A stretch of DNA of 33,807 nt from positions 1 to 33,807 of the forward strand of contig CAYQPS010000001.1 of the NCBI GenBank assembly GCA_964419555.1, given 5' to 3'. A program made the translations under genes and the position numbers. Under the pieces are notes generated by a model, which worked only from the letters and a program-made list of their open reading frames with translations, had not been told where the DNA came from and did no database searches. Origin of the DNA: an uncultured Candidatus Saccharibacteria bacterium. GTDB lineage: Bacteria; Patescibacteriota; Minisyncoccia; Phycocordibacterales; UBA9973. Shown piece after piece: positions 13,885 to 24,600 of the stretch (its first letter is position 1; each line of letters starts with the position of its first letter).

Positions 13885-14235
13885 ATGAAGGAATTAGAAA
13901 TATTCCAAGTGGAGAGGCCTTGGGGCAACTTTAGGCAGTTTACGAAAAACACTCCCTCCACTGTTAAAGTTATTACAATTAAACCACTCGAGCAACTTAG
14001 TCTACAGAGTCACCAAAAGCGCTCAGAATTTTGGCGAATTATTTCCGGCAATGGTACTGTAGAGATAGGGGAAAACAAACACGACGCCAAGGCGGGGGAC
14101 GAGTTCAATACTTCTCTTGGTGCAAAACATCGTATAATAGCAGGTGAAGCAGGCATCGCAGTGCTCGAGATTTCAACTGGAGAATTTGATGAAGAAGACA
14201 TTATTCGTTACGAGGATAAATATGGTCGCTCTTAA
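13885..14235 (+). CDS. Cupin protein, mannose-6-phosphate isomerase type II C-terminal-domain-like
   Basis: RPWGNF...LSLQSHQKRSEFWRIISGNG is the typical PMI type II cupin motif. Confidence 0.7.
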   Translation: MKELEIFQVERPWGNFRQFTKNTPSTVKVITIKPLEQLSLQSHQKRSEFWRIISGNGTVEIGENKHDAKAGDEFNTSLGAKHRIIAGEAGIAVLEISTGEFDEEDIIRYEDKYGRS

Positions 14236-15364
14236 AAAGGTTAAAAAAAATACGGTCAAGAAAGTATCTTCTATAAAAAAGAAGGTGGTTAAAGCTAAGG
14301 TAGTGAAAAAAACCAAACCTTCTAGCGTAAAAAAAATTGTAAAGAAAAAAAAGGGAACCGAACTAACGAGATCTCTCAAGAACCCTATAATTGAGCCGAG
14401 ACCATATTACTGGGAATCAAAGGCAACTCTCAACCCCGCTGCTTTTCTCTCCGGTAGTAGAGTGCATCTAGTCTATCGAGCCATCGGAGACGATGATTCT
14501 TCTGTTTTAGGTTACGCTTCCTCTCCGGACGGATATAAAATTGACGAAAGACCCGCTTACTTTATTTACCGTAGAGATAATAATTTTTCGAAATCGGATT
14601 TCAATGTTGCCCCCATCGACTATGTTTCAGGAGGAGGATGGAGCGGGGGGTGCGAAGACCCGAGACTTACACTCCTAGGCGACAGAGTTTATATGCTCTA
14701 CACTGCTTTCGACGGATGGGGGTCGGTGCGGATAGCCCTGACTTCTATAAAGTTAGAAGATTTTGAGAACAAAAAATGGAATTGGAGAAATCCGGTTTTA
14801 ATTTCTCCGCCTGGTGAAATACACAAGAATTGGGTTCTTTTTCCAGAAAAAATAAATGGAAAGTTTGCGATACTTCATAGTATTTCGCCGGAAATCATGA
14901 TTGATTATTTCGATAGTTTGGATGAATTAAATGGTAGAAAATTTATTCATAGCATTCACCAGAGTGACCCTCGCTGGCAACGGAGAGAGAGAGGTATAAG
15001 GGGAGTCGGGCCTGTTCCAATCAAGACAGAATTAGGTTGGCTTGTTTTATATCACGCCATAGAAGAGCATGAGCCCAATCGTTACAAACTTTTCGCTATG
15101 ATTTTGGATATAGAAGACCCGACAAAAATCCTGTATCGTTCTGTGAGTCCGATTTTAGAGCCTGAAACGAAATACGAAAATGAGGGATATAAATGGGGTG
15201 TCATTTATGCCTGTGGAGCAGTGGTGAGGAGTGGAGAGCTACTTGTTTATTATGGAGGAGCCGATAAAGTCGTCGGGGTCGCATCCATCAAGCTCGCGGA
15301 CCTACTAGAGGACTTAAAGAAACACAAAGCGACAAGATTAAAAAAAGAAGCTACTAGGGTCTAA
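14222..15364 (+). CDS. GH130-family glycoside phosphorylase/hydrolase-like protein with a Lys-rich N-terminal tail
   Basis: GCEDPRLT, LYTAFDG and the LVYYGGAD beta-propeller motifs are present. The N-terminus is VKKNTVKKVSSIKKKVVKAKVVKKTKPSSVKKIVKKKKG. I chose the ATG at 14222 (GAGGA upstream), which overlaps the cupin stop by 14 nt. Confidence 0.75.
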   Translation: MVALKKVKKNTVKKVSSIKKKVVKAKVVKKTKPSSVKKIVKKKKGTELTRSLKNPIIEPRPYYWESKATLNPAAFLSGSRVHLVYRAIGDDDSSVLGYASSPDGYKIDERPAYFIYRRDNNFSKSDFNVAPIDYVSGGGWSGGCEDPRLTLLGDRVYMLYTAFDGWGSVRIALTSIKLEDFENKKWNWRNPVLISPPGEIHKNWVLFPEKINGKFAILHSISPEIMIDYFDSLDELNGRKFIHSIHQSDPRWQRRERGIRGVGPVPIKTELGWLVLYHAIEEHEPNRYKLFAMILDIEDPTKILYRSVSPILEPETKYENEGYKWGVIYACGAVVRSGELLVYYGGADKVVGVASIKLADLLEDLKKHKATRLKKEATRV

Positions 15365-15371
15365 AATTTAC

Positions 15372-17306
15372 ATGTTTGTCGCAAAACGTTCAATTCACAA
15401 TCCAATACTAGTGCCCGATAGAGACCATTATTGGGAAGCCTTCGCGACCTTCAACATGAGTGTCGTTAAAAAAGGTACAACATTTTATGGTATGTATCGT
15501 GCTATTTCGATGGTGGACGTTTTGAGGAATCCGCAACAGGTTTCAATCATAGGTATCGGAAAGGGGAAAGACGGAACTCATTTTGAAAATCGGACCCCCT
15601 TTATTATTCCAACCTTAGAATGGGAGAAATATGGATGCGAAGACCCGCGCGTTACTTTTTTTGAGGGGAAATATTATATTTTCTATACTGCACTCTCTTC
15701 ATATCCATTTGAGGCAAACGGTATCAAGGTGGCGGTGGCCGTGTCAGAGAATTTAAAAAAGGTTGATGAAAAACATTTGGTTACTCCGTTTAATGCTAAA
15801 GCCATGACTCTCTTTCCAGAGCGAATCAATGGCAAAATAACTGTAATTTTTTCAGCCCATACAGATTCACCTCCAGCCAAGATGGTGATCGCTCAAGTAA
15901 GTAAAATAGAGGAACTATGGTCTCAAAGTTTTTGGGAAAAGTGGCATGAGAAGATTGACGAGCATGTAATAGACCCGAGACGAAATGAATTTGACCACGT
16001 AGAAGTCGGAGCTCCGCCAATCAAAACAGAGCACGGTTGGTTGGTTATTTATTCCCACATTCAAAATTATTTTAAAACGTCGGATAACTTCGAAAGAATT
16101 TTCGGCATTGAAGCCCTTCTGCTTGATTTGGATGACCCGAGCAAAATAATCGGTAGAACTGGTGGTCCGATACTTGTACCGGAAGAGCCCTACGAACTCT
16201 CCGGCTATGTAGGCAATATAGTTTTTCCGAGTGGAGCGGTACTCGAAAAAAATATACTGACCGTATATTATGGTGCCGCTGATACCATCATTTGTTCGGC
16301 GCACGTGAATGTGCATGATCTGATTTCCAGCATGCGCCCGGAAACCAAAGAACGTTTTCATTTCAAAAGATTTTCGGGCAATCCTATTATTTCTCCTAGA
16401 AGTGAAAACAACTGGGAAGCCAAGGCAGCATTTAATCCGGCGGCAATATTTCTGAAAGGCAAAACGCATCTTCTTTATCGCGCCCTGTCTCCCGACAATA
16501 CTTCTACCTTTGGCTATGCCGCGATAGAGAATGGTACAGAAGTAGTGGAGCGTCTATCAGAACCTGTGTACGTGCCGAGGGAGGAATTTGAAAATAAGAA
16601 AATCGGTGGTGCAAACTCTGGGTGTGAGGACCCGCGATTGACTAAAATCGGAAAAAATATATACGTATGTTATACCGCTTTCGATTGTATTGGTCCTCCG
16701 CGAGTGGCTGTCTCTGTGATTTCTGAGAAAGATTTTTTGGCTCACAAATGGAATTGGGAAAAGCCTTTTCTCATCACCCCGCAGGACTTTGATGACAAAG
16801 ACACCTGCATCTTTCCTGAGAAGTTTCCTGAAGGATACCTAATATTGCATCGTGTCGGTAACGAAATTTGCGGAGATTACTTACACTCGCTTGATTTTAA
16901 AAATGAGAAAGTAAAAAAATGCATAAGAATTATCGGTCCGCGAACAAACATGTGGGACAACTTAAAAGTCGGTATTACGGCTCCGCCTATCAAAACAAAG
17001 TATGGCTGGCTACTTTTGTATCACGGAATATCTAGAAATCATCATACTTACCGCATCGGTTCAGTATTGCTTGACCTAAAGGACCCGGCGATAGTCATAG
17101 CTCGCAGTACGGACCCTATTTTTGAACCAGAAGAGCAGTATGAAAAAGAAGGAGTTGTGAACAATGTTGTTTTTCCCTGCGGTATGGTTGAAAAAGATGG
17201 TTTGCTGTACATTTACTACGGCGGAGCAGACCGAGTGGTCGGCGTCGCCACCATGGAAATGGAAGTCATTCTCGAAGCGCTTCTGCGCGGACATAAGCAT
17301 AAATAA
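15372..17306 (+). CDS. Tandem double GH130-like protein
   Basis: Two full copies of the module are present: GCEDPRVT...VYYGAAD and GCEDPRLT...IYYGGAD. Length 644 aa. Confidence 0.75.
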   Translation: MFVAKRSIHNPILVPDRDHYWEAFATFNMSVVKKGTTFYGMYRAISMVDVLRNPQQVSIIGIGKGKDGTHFENRTPFIIPTLEWEKYGCEDPRVTFFEGKYYIFYTALSSYPFEANGIKVAVAVSENLKKVDEKHLVTPFNAKAMTLFPERINGKITVIFSAHTDSPPAKMVIAQVSKIEELWSQSFWEKWHEKIDEHVIDPRRNEFDHVEVGAPPIKTEHGWLVIYSHIQNYFKTSDNFERIFGIEALLLDLDDPSKIIGRTGGPILVPEEPYELSGYVGNIVFPSGAVLEKNILTVYYGAADTIICSAHVNVHDLISSMRPETKERFHFKRFSGNPIISPRSENNWEAKAAFNPAAIFLKGKTHLLYRALSPDNTSTFGYAAIENGTEVVERLSEPVYVPREEFENKKIGGANSGCEDPRLTKIGKNIYVCYTAFDCIGPPRVAVSVISEKDFLAHKWNWEKPFLITPQDFDDKDTCIFPEKFPEGYLILHRVGNEICGDYLHSLDFKNEKVKKCIRIIGPRTNMWDNLKVGITAPPIKTKYGWLLLYHGISRNHHTYRIGSVLLDLKDPAIVIARSTDPIFEPEEQYEKEGVVNNVVFPCGMVEKDGLLYIYYGGADRVVGVATMEMEVILEALLRGHKHK

Positions 17307-17321
17307 AAATTTTTCAGTCTG

Positions 17322-17330
17322 TGCTATAAT
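17322..17330 (+). promoter_or_regulatory. Extended -10 (TGcTATAAT) placed 6 nt before the hpf ATG
   Basis: TATAAT is at 17325-17330 and the ATG at 17337. Confidence 0.55.
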
Positions 17331-17336
17331 AGTTAG

Positions 17337-17735
17337 ATGAAGATAAATTTGCTTGCCAAAAACATTGAGCTTACTCCAGAAATCAAAGACCACGCGCTAA
17401 AGAAAGTTACCAATCTGGAGAAGTTGCTTGCTAAGATGGAACAGCAGGGAAGCGAAGCCGTGGTGCGTTTTGAAGTGGGTAAAAGCAACAAACACCACAA
17501 GTCCGGCGAAGTTTTCCATTCTGATTGCCTAATAAAAATAAATGGAGATGAATTTTACTCTAGCGCAGACGGGCAAGACTTATATCAGACTATAGATGAA
17601 GTTACCAGCAGTCTTTTTAGTGAGATAGACAGAGAAAAGGACCTGAAGCAGACACTATTTCGCAGAGGAGCCAGGAGTGTCAAAAAAATGATGAAAGGAC
17701 TCTCCAAAAGAAATCCTTTTACTTCGAAATACTAA
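17337..17735 (+). CDS. hpf: Ribosome hibernation promoting factor / RaiA family
   Basis: The N-terminus is MKINLLAKNIELTPEIKDHALKKV. Length 132 aa, with the family-typical beta-alpha pattern. Confidence 0.75.
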   Translation: MKINLLAKNIELTPEIKDHALKKVTNLEKLLAKMEQQGSEAVVRFEVGKSNKHHKSGEVFHSDCLIKINGDEFYSSADGQDLYQTIDEVTSSLFSEIDREKDLKQTLFRRGARSVKKMMKGLSKRNPFTSKY

Positions 17736-18586
17736 CGGCTCAACGCCGTTGAGCCGTTGGCATTTCTCATTGGTCCTTTAAAATCAACCTCTTTTCCACC
17801 CTCGGGAATTACTCTTTTTATTACGAATTTTCCGTCTAAAAGTACAGCATCAGTTATAACGATTCTTTTACCGTCTTTAAAAAAGAAGCTTCTAGGCCAT
17901 GTGGCATAGGCGCGGAATTTGTTGTAATTTTTTACGGCATCTTCATTTAAATTTATCAAACCGTCTTCTTTACTGATTTTTCCACAGTGAGTTGCTTCAC
18001 TTTCATTTTGCGAAGTTGCTTTTATTTTTCCTTCCATTAAGTTCGGCAGAATTTTTACCAAAAGTTCTCCACCTATTTTAATCAGGCGTTTGCGTAACTC
18101 TGGAGCTGTCTCGTCCGGCAAGATTTCAACTTTTTCTTGAGCCAGGATAGGTCCAGAATCCATTTTGTATTCCATTTGTTGAATCGTTATTCCGGTTTCT
18201 GTTTCTCCGTTTAAAATAGCAGACTCGACAGGAGATGCACCGCGATATTTGGGCAACAGGGAGTAGTGAATATTTATAGAACCAAGTTTTGGTAAGTTTA
18301 ATACTTCTTTGGGCAAAATTTGTCCATAAGCTACGACGATGAAAACATCAAAATTCCCCTCAATCTCTTTTATTTTTTCTGGTTGAATAAATGGAATTTT
18401 ATTTTTTTCCGCCCAGACCTTTACCGACGGGGGAGTTAGAAGCATTTTGCGTCCTTGTTTCTTGTCAGGAGAAGTAATAACAAGCGAAGGGATGAATCCT
18501 GCTTCTTTTAAAATATCTAATGTCTCCGAAGCCACATCCGGAGTACCAAAAAATCCAAAATTAAATTCTTTTATTTTATTTTGCAT
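17732..18586 (-). CDS. fmt: Methionyl-tRNA formyltransferase
   Basis: FFGTPDVASETL, SINIHYSLLPKYRGASP and its position after def. Confidence 0.9.
   Translation of the reverse strand: MQNKIKEFNFGFFGTPDVASETLDILKEAGFIPSLVITSPDKKQGRKMLLTPPSVKVWAEKNKIPFIQPEKIKEIEGNFDVFIVVAYGQILPKEVLNLPKLGSINIHYSLLPKYRGASPVESAILNGETETGITIQQMEYKMDSGPILAQEKVEILPDETAPELRKRLIKIGGELLVKILPNLMEGKIKATSQNESEATHCGKISKEDGLINLNEDAVKNYNKFRAYATWPRSFFFKDGKRIVITDAVLLDGKFVIKRVIPEGGKEVDFKGPMRNANGSTALSR
17735..17757. terminator. Perfect palindrome acting as a bidirectional terminator at the overlapping hpf/fmt 3' ends
   Basis: ACGGCTCAACG, a central C, then CGTTGAGCCGT (11 + 1 + 11 nt). Confidence 0.55.
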
Positions 18587-18587
18587 T

Positions 18588-19115
18588 TTATTTAACTGGT
18601 TTCTCCTCTTTAAGGTCTTTGGCGTGGTCGATAAAAAGAATGCCGTTTAGGTGGTCAGTTTCATGCTGGAAAATTTGAGCTAGGAGCCCAGATGCGCCCC
18701 GAGTGAATTTCTTACCCTTTTCATCATAAGCAGTCACCAATGCCTTTTTTGAGCGGAAAGTTTTACCATACAGCCATCTGACGGAGAGACAGCCCTCTGG
18801 CACCCATTCCTTGTCTTTAGAGAGCTTGGAAATTTTAGGATTTATGAAAACTAAATCTTTTGGCGTTAATTTTTTGGGTTCTCCATCTTTTTTTTCAGAG
18901 AGTTCTGCCTGCAAGACTTTCCCAGAGACCACAAATATTCGCAAAGAGTATCCAATTTGGGGCGCCGCTATAGCCACTCCGTCGTCTTGGCTCTTGAGAG
19001 AGCTAGACATTTCTTTTAGGATTTTTTTTATTTTAGGCGTGGTGATATCTCGAACAGGGACTTCTTTCGCTTTTTGTCGCAAGAGTTTTTCTTTTGCTTG
19101 CAAGATACTTTTCAT
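18588..19115 (-). CDS. def: Peptide deformylase
   Basis: Motifs GVAIAAPQIG, EGCLSV and HETDHLNG. Confidence 0.92.
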   Translation of the reverse strand: MKSILQAKEKLLRQKAKEVPVRDITTPKIKKILKEMSSSLKSQDDGVAIAAPQIGYSLRIFVVSGKVLQAELSEKKDGEPKKLTPKDLVFINPKISKLSKDKEWVPEGCLSVRWLYGKTFRSKKALVTAYDEKGKKFTRGASGLLAQIFQHETDHLNGILFIDHAKDLKEEKPVK

Positions 19116-19116
19116 T

Positions 19117-20430
19117 TTATTTCAACTCTTTTAAGTATTCTAGAAGTTTGCTTAGCTTCACCGTATCTTGAGAACGATTGCTCATATTGCGTACGATTAC
19201 GGAGTTGTCTAGCGCTTCTTTCACGCCGAAAATGAGCGCGTAGGGGATGGCGAGTTTCTCTGCAATAGCTAGCTGTGAGCCTAGGCTATCTCTTGAGAGT
19301 GATTGAGCGATAGGTACGTGTGCTTTACGCAGGACTTCGATGATACCCAGGCTTTTTAGTTTTGCTTCGGAGCCAAGCTGAATGAAATAAATTTTCGGTT
19401 TTTTAATGATACGAGGAGAGAGATTTTTATACCATGGAGAGCCGACAACTCTGTCCACTCCCATAGAGAAGCCGACAGCCGGTACATCTCTTTTGCCTCC
19501 AATTTGGCGTGCTAGATAATCATATCGTCCTCCGGAAGCGACTTGTACTGGTGCGCCACCTTCTTCCGCATTTTTAGTATAAACTTCAAATACAGTGCGA
19601 GTGTAATAGGAGAGTCCGCGCACTAGATTTTTATTCAGGTTGTAGTCTATGCCAAGTTCTTCCAAATATTCCAAGACTTCCTTGAAATGTTTTTTACAAG
19701 AAGCGCAAAGGAACGAAATAGAATCAGGAGCTCCCTCATTTATTTCTTTGGTTTTTTCTTCTTTGGAGTCTAGTATGCGAAGGGGATTGGTTTTCAATCT
19801 TTCACGGTCTACAGGGGCCAGATTGCTGATATGTTTTCGATAATAACTCGTAAGCTCTCTGATGTATACGCCTCGACATTCTTTATCTCCAATAGAATTT
19901 ATATCAATAGAAAGGTTTTCTGCTCCAGCCTCGGCCAAGATGCTGAGGCCGACTTTGATGACAAACGCATCCATGATGCTCTTGTCGCTTCCAAGAGAGT
20001 CTAAGTCGAACTGGTAGAATTGTCGGTAACGTCCAGCTTGGGGATTGTCGTGTCTGAAGGTCGGGCCGTATTGATAAAACATTACCGGCTGAGGAATGGT
20101 GTGCATGCCGTGTTCTATATATGCGCGCATGAGCGGGGCAGTGTGCTCAGGACGAAGTGCTAGATGGTCTCCGCCCTTCGTGCGCAGAGTGTACATTTCT
20201 TTATCTACAATGTCTGTACCTTCTCCTATACCGGAAGTAAAAACTTCTTCGTGTTCTAGTATCGGAGTCTCAATGGGCTTGAAGCCATAGTATACCGCTA
20301 TCTCCTGAGCCTTTTCGAAAAATCCCTGAAAGGCATAATATTCTTCATTTGCAATATCCCTCATTCCCCTAGGAGAGGACAAGTCTCTGGTTTTATTCTT
20401 CACACTTTTTGTTGTTTTTACCTTTTTCAT
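19117..20430 (-). CDS. hisS: Histidyl-tRNA synthetase
   Basis: LRPEHTAP, FRHDNPQAGRYRQFYQFD and GGRYD (class II motifs). Confidence 0.92.
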   Translation of the reverse strand: MKKVKTTKSVKNKTRDLSSPRGMRDIANEEYYAFQGFFEKAQEIAVYYGFKPIETPILEHEEVFTSGIGEGTDIVDKEMYTLRTKGGDHLALRPEHTAPLMRAYIEHGMHTIPQPVMFYQYGPTFRHDNPQAGRYRQFYQFDLDSLGSDKSIMDAFVIKVGLSILAEAGAENLSIDINSIGDKECRGVYIRELTSYYRKHISNLAPVDRERLKTNPLRILDSKEEKTKEINEGAPDSISFLCASCKKHFKEVLEYLEELGIDYNLNKNLVRGLSYYTRTVFEVYTKNAEEGGAPVQVASGGRYDYLARQIGGKRDVPAVGFSMGVDRVVGSPWYKNLSPRIIKKPKIYFIQLGSEAKLKSLGIIEVLRKAHVPIAQSLSRDSLGSQLAIAEKLAIPYALIFGVKEALDNSVIVRNMSNRSQDTVKLSKLLEYLKELK

Positions 20431-20431
20431 T

Positions 20432-21031
20432 CTATTCGTTTTCTACTTCATAGCTGCCTGGGAAGATGTCCATGTATTTTAGAGGGAACAATCGGAGGAA
20501 CGCTCTACCCATCAAAAGTTTTCTGTCCACCGCGCCCCAATACCTAGAGTCCGAACTCGCGCCTCTGTTGTCGCCCAGTACAAAGTATTCGTTATCTCCA
20601 AGCTTGAATTGACCATCAACACCACCCTGATTTTTTACATAGGGTTGTTCAAATTCCAAGCCATCCGGATTTTCCTTATTGGTTATAGTAAGCTGTTTGC
20701 CTTTTACATCCACTGTCTCGTTCGGCAAGCCGATAATTCTTTTGATAAAAAATTTCTTTGGGTCTTTTGGATAGCGGAAAATTACCACATCAAATCTCTT
20801 TGGGTCTCCGAGGTGATAAGATATTTCATCTACAATTAAATATTGTTTGTCTAGAAAAGTAGGCACCATCGAAGAGCCGGAGACGATGAAAGGCTGGGCA
20901 ATGAATATGCGGATGGGGATGACAATAGCTACGGCGAGTATAGCAAAACGCAAAACTTCCCAGAATGATTGCGCGCCTGTTTTAGTAGTTTTCTCGATTT
21001 TTTCCTTAAATTCCGTAACTTCGTTTTCCAC
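20432..21031 (-). CDS. lepB: Signal peptidase I
   Basis: SGSSMVPTF (catalytic Ser), KRIIGLPNE (Lys box) and GDNRGASSDSRYWG. The track's TTG start at 21085 would include the promoter TGcTATATT (21046-21038). I prefer the GTG at 21031, 6 nt after that -10. Confidence 0.85.
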   Translation of the reverse strand: MENEVTEFKEKIEKTTKTGAQSFWEVLRFAILAVAIVIPIRIFIAQPFIVSGSSMVPTFLDKQYLIVDEISYHLGDPKRFDVVIFRYPKDPKKFFIKRIIGLPNETVDVKGKQLTITNKENPDGLEFEQPYVKNQGGVDGQFKLGDNEYFVLGDNRGASSDSRYWGAVDRKLLMGRAFLRLFPLKYMDIFPGSYEVENE

Positions 21032-21123
21032 GCTGATAATATAGCATAAAAAAGTATTGACAGGATGCAAGAAGTTGTTTCGCAATAATCTTTTTGATTA
21101 GTTTGCTTTCAAGGAATATTAGA

Positions 21124-21132
21124 TGTTATTAT
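21124..21132 (+). promoter_or_regulatory. Extended -10 (TGtTATTAT) placed 6 nt before the pth ATG
   Basis: TATTAT is at 21127-21132 and the ATG at 21139. Confidence 0.5.
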
Positions 21133-21138
21133 CTTCAT

Positions 21139-21669
21139 ATGAAACTAGTCGTTGGTCTAGGGAACCCGGGCGAGGAATATGAAAATACCAGGCACAATAC
21201 CGGGCGGATTTTAGTTGGTATGATTGAGAAAAAATTGGAAGACTCAAAGATTAAATTTCTCACCCCCGATACTTTCATGAATAAGTCAGGCAAAGCCGTC
21301 GCTCCACTTATCAAAACAAAAAAAGATTTAAAAGATCTTGTGGTAGTTTACGATGATATTGATCTTCCGCTTGGCAGAATGCGAATTGCTTTCAATCGGT
21401 CTTCCGGCGGACACAATGGCTTGGGTTCAATCATCAAAGCGCTCAAGAGCGAAGAATTTCTGCGCATCAGAATCGGCATTACTCCTGCTACTCCGTCTGG
21501 AAAAATCAAAAAACCGAAAGGGGACAAAGCTGTGCTCAATTTCTTGCTGGGTGAATTCAAAAAGCCGGAGCTAGAGCAACTCAAAAAACTTTCCAAAAAA
21601 GTCGCCGAAGCGGTGGAATGTATTTTTTCTGAGAGCAAAGAGAAGGCGATGAGTTTGTATAATAATTAA
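21139..21669 (+). CDS. pth: Peptidyl-tRNA hydrolase
   Basis: MKLVVGLGNPGEEYENTRHNTG. The track start at 21094 is an upstream TTG. Confidence 0.9.
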   Translation: MKLVVGLGNPGEEYENTRHNTGRILVGMIEKKLEDSKIKFLTPDTFMNKSGKAVAPLIKTKKDLKDLVVVYDDIDLPLGRMRIAFNRSSGGHNGLGSIIKALKSEEFLRIRIGITPATPSGKIKKPKGDKAVLNFLLGEFKKPELEQLKKLSKKVAEAVECIFSESKEKAMSLYNN

Positions 21670-24600
21670 ATCTCTTTCACTGCTTCAATAATAATACTCT
21701 TTTCGCCATTTCGGAGCGATACTTTGCCGGAAAAGGCGATGCATTTCTCCGATACTAAAATTTCCATTGATTCTTTAAATATAGAAGGAAAGGCCACTGC
21801 TTCTATAGAGCCAGTTAAGTCCGAGATTTTTAAGAATGCCATTCTTTCATTGCCTTTGGTGATGACCTGTCTTGCGGTATCTATGATGCCGGCGATAGTC
21901 ACTGGTAAGCCATTGCCGATTTCTTCTTTTATTTTTTTTATATTTACATTTCGGCTTTCCAATTTGTCGCGCAGTCGGTCCAGCGGGTGCCCAGAAATGT
22001 AGAGCCCCAAAAGTTCTTTTTCCCAAAGCAGTTTTTCTGCCATGGTTGCTTCTGTCCCAGATTTTAATTTGAAAGTAGGAGCTTCTACATTACTTCCTCC
22101 ACCGAAAAGGGAAGTCTGATTTTTAGATTGCTTTCCAGATTCATGATTGTAGAGAAGCATGTCTTCCATATTTGCCAAAAGTTTCCCACGCTCTTCTATC
22201 TCATCAAAACAACCGGACTTTATAAGTGCTTCCATAGACTTTTTGTTTAAATTTTTATGTTTTACTCTGTCGAGGAAGTCGGTGATTGATTTGAAGGCCG
22301 CATTTTGTTGTCTCTCCACAATGATGGCGTCTCCGATGTCCGTGCCTAAATTTTTTATGGTATAAAATCCGAATCTTATTTTCTCACTTTTATGTTCTTT
22401 ATCTATAAAGTATCCTTTCCCCTCGGGCAGACAGGTAAATCCGCCAAAACTCTCGTTGATATTCGGCGGAAGAACAGCGATTTTCATGTTTTTACATTCC
22501 GCAATTATTTCTGCAACTTTTTCCACGTCGCCGGATTCGGCGGTAAGAATAGCTGCCATGTATTCCACCGGGTAATTGGCTTTCATGTAGGCTGTCTGGT
22601 AAGCGACTTGGCCATAAGAAGCTGCATGCGCTTTATTGAAACCGTAAGCCTGAAAAGGCTCGAAAAGTTTCCAAAGTTTATCTGCAAATTCCTGGGTTTG
22701 TCCATTAGCGACGATTCCTTTCGTAAATTTTTCGTATTGTGCTGCCATTTCAGCTGGGATTTTTTTACCCACTGCTTTACGGAATTTATCTACCTCTTCC
22801 CAGTTGTAACCGGCAAGTTCCAGAGCGCAGAAAAGCAGGTCGTCCTGATAGACGATAAGTCCATAAGACTGGCCCAGGAATTTCTTCATTCGCGGGTCTA
22901 AGTATTTTACAAGTGCTGGGTTATGTTTGCGCTTGATATATTCCGGAATAGTTTCCATCGGTCCGGGGCGGTAGAGAGCCACCATGGCATTGATATCGTG
23001 AATAGATGTCGGCTTCAATTCTTTCAAATATCTAGTCATGCCGGAACCGTTTAATTGGAAAAGTCCCTCCGTTTCTCCTTTTGCCAAGAGCGAAAAAGTT
23101 TTTTTATCATTGAGTGGAATGCGCTCAATGTCAATGTCTATGTCGTAGAATTTTTTTACTAGACTTATGCTGTCAGCGAGGATAGACAAATTTCTAATTC
23201 CCAGAAAATCAAATTTCAAAAGCCCAGCATCCTCTATGCTGTACATGTCGTACTGAGTAATGACTTTTCCGCCCTTCGGGTCAAGCTGGAGAGGGACATA
23301 TTCTGAGAGAGGCAGGGGAGACATCACCACTCCGGCTGCATGTACAGAAATGTGCCTGACGCATCCTTCCAATTTTTTTGCTAAATCAATTATTTTTTTT
23401 GTGTCTTGTTCACTCTTATATGCATCTGTCAGCTCTGGGACTATCTCCATGGCGTGGTCTATCGTCATAGGCATTCCTTGAGAGCCCATCGGAATCATTT
23501 TTGAAAGTCTATCACCGACAGTGTAGGGATAGCCCAAAGAGCGTGCTACATCACGCACGGCCCCGCGAGCCATCATGGTACCGAAAGTTCCGATTTGTGC
23601 TACTTTATCTTCACCGTATTTTTTCTTTGCATATTCAATCATCTCGTCTCTTCTGTTGTCGGCGAAATCCATGTCGATATCCGGCGCTGAAGGACGAAAC
23701 GGGTTTAAAAATCTTTCAAACGGAAGTCCATATTCTATCGGGTTGATATTGGTAATACCGAGCAAGTAAGTAACCATCGAACCCGCCACCGAGCCTCGAA
23801 TAGTGGTCAGAATTCCATTTTCTTTTGCATAACGCAGGAGGTCACCAACCACCAAAAAGTATGGCGAAAAACCTTTATCCACAATAATTTTCAGCTCGTA
23901 TTCTACTCGCTCTTTTATCTCCGGCGTCTCTTTTATTTCTAAACGCTTAAAACCCCCATACGCAAGCTCACGCAGTTTCTCGTCATATGATATTCCTTTC
24001 TCAATTTTAAAATCAGGGAAGACCCATTTGCCGAGAGGAAGCTCGAGGTTGCACATGTCCGCGATAAGCATGGTGTTGGTTACAGCCTCGGGAGTGTCCT
24101 TAAAAACTTCTATGGCTTTTTCTGTGCTCAAAAAAGAAAAGTCATCTTCGGAAAACTCAAATTTGCCGGTATCTTTGCCGTCGCCTTGAGTGTTGATTTG
24201 AAGCAGAGTATGGTGCGCCTCGTGATCGTCCGTGCATGGATAATGTGAATCTTGCGTTGCTACCAGTTTCACATTGTGTTTTTTAGAAAGTGCTACGAGG
24301 GCTTCGCGGACAGTTTTGTCATTCTCTACATGTGGGTGGCACTGGATTTCAATAAAATAATTTTCTTTTCCGAAGATGTCTTTAAATTCGACTACAAGCT
24401 CATCTGCTTTTTTATTATCACCTCGCATTACCGCTTGCGACAGTTCTCCGCCGAGGCATCCGGAGAGCGCAATGATTCCACTAGAGTGTTGTCGCAAAAT
24501 TTCTCTGTCTATTCTCGGTTTATAATAATATCCTTCCAGGTTGGCGAGCGTGACCAGGCGAATCAGATTTTTGTAGCCCTCCATATTTTTTGCCAGGAGA

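Noticed and set aside
15915-16469. Long antisense or alternate-frame ORFs inside well-supported genes. Examples are 15915-16469, 22392-22901, 24252-24716, 32235-32726, 1285-1542, 9400-9684 and the other 60-110-aa entries in the track.
   Set aside because: Each is fully nested in a gene with strong motif support on the other strand or frame. They are typical shadow ORFs.
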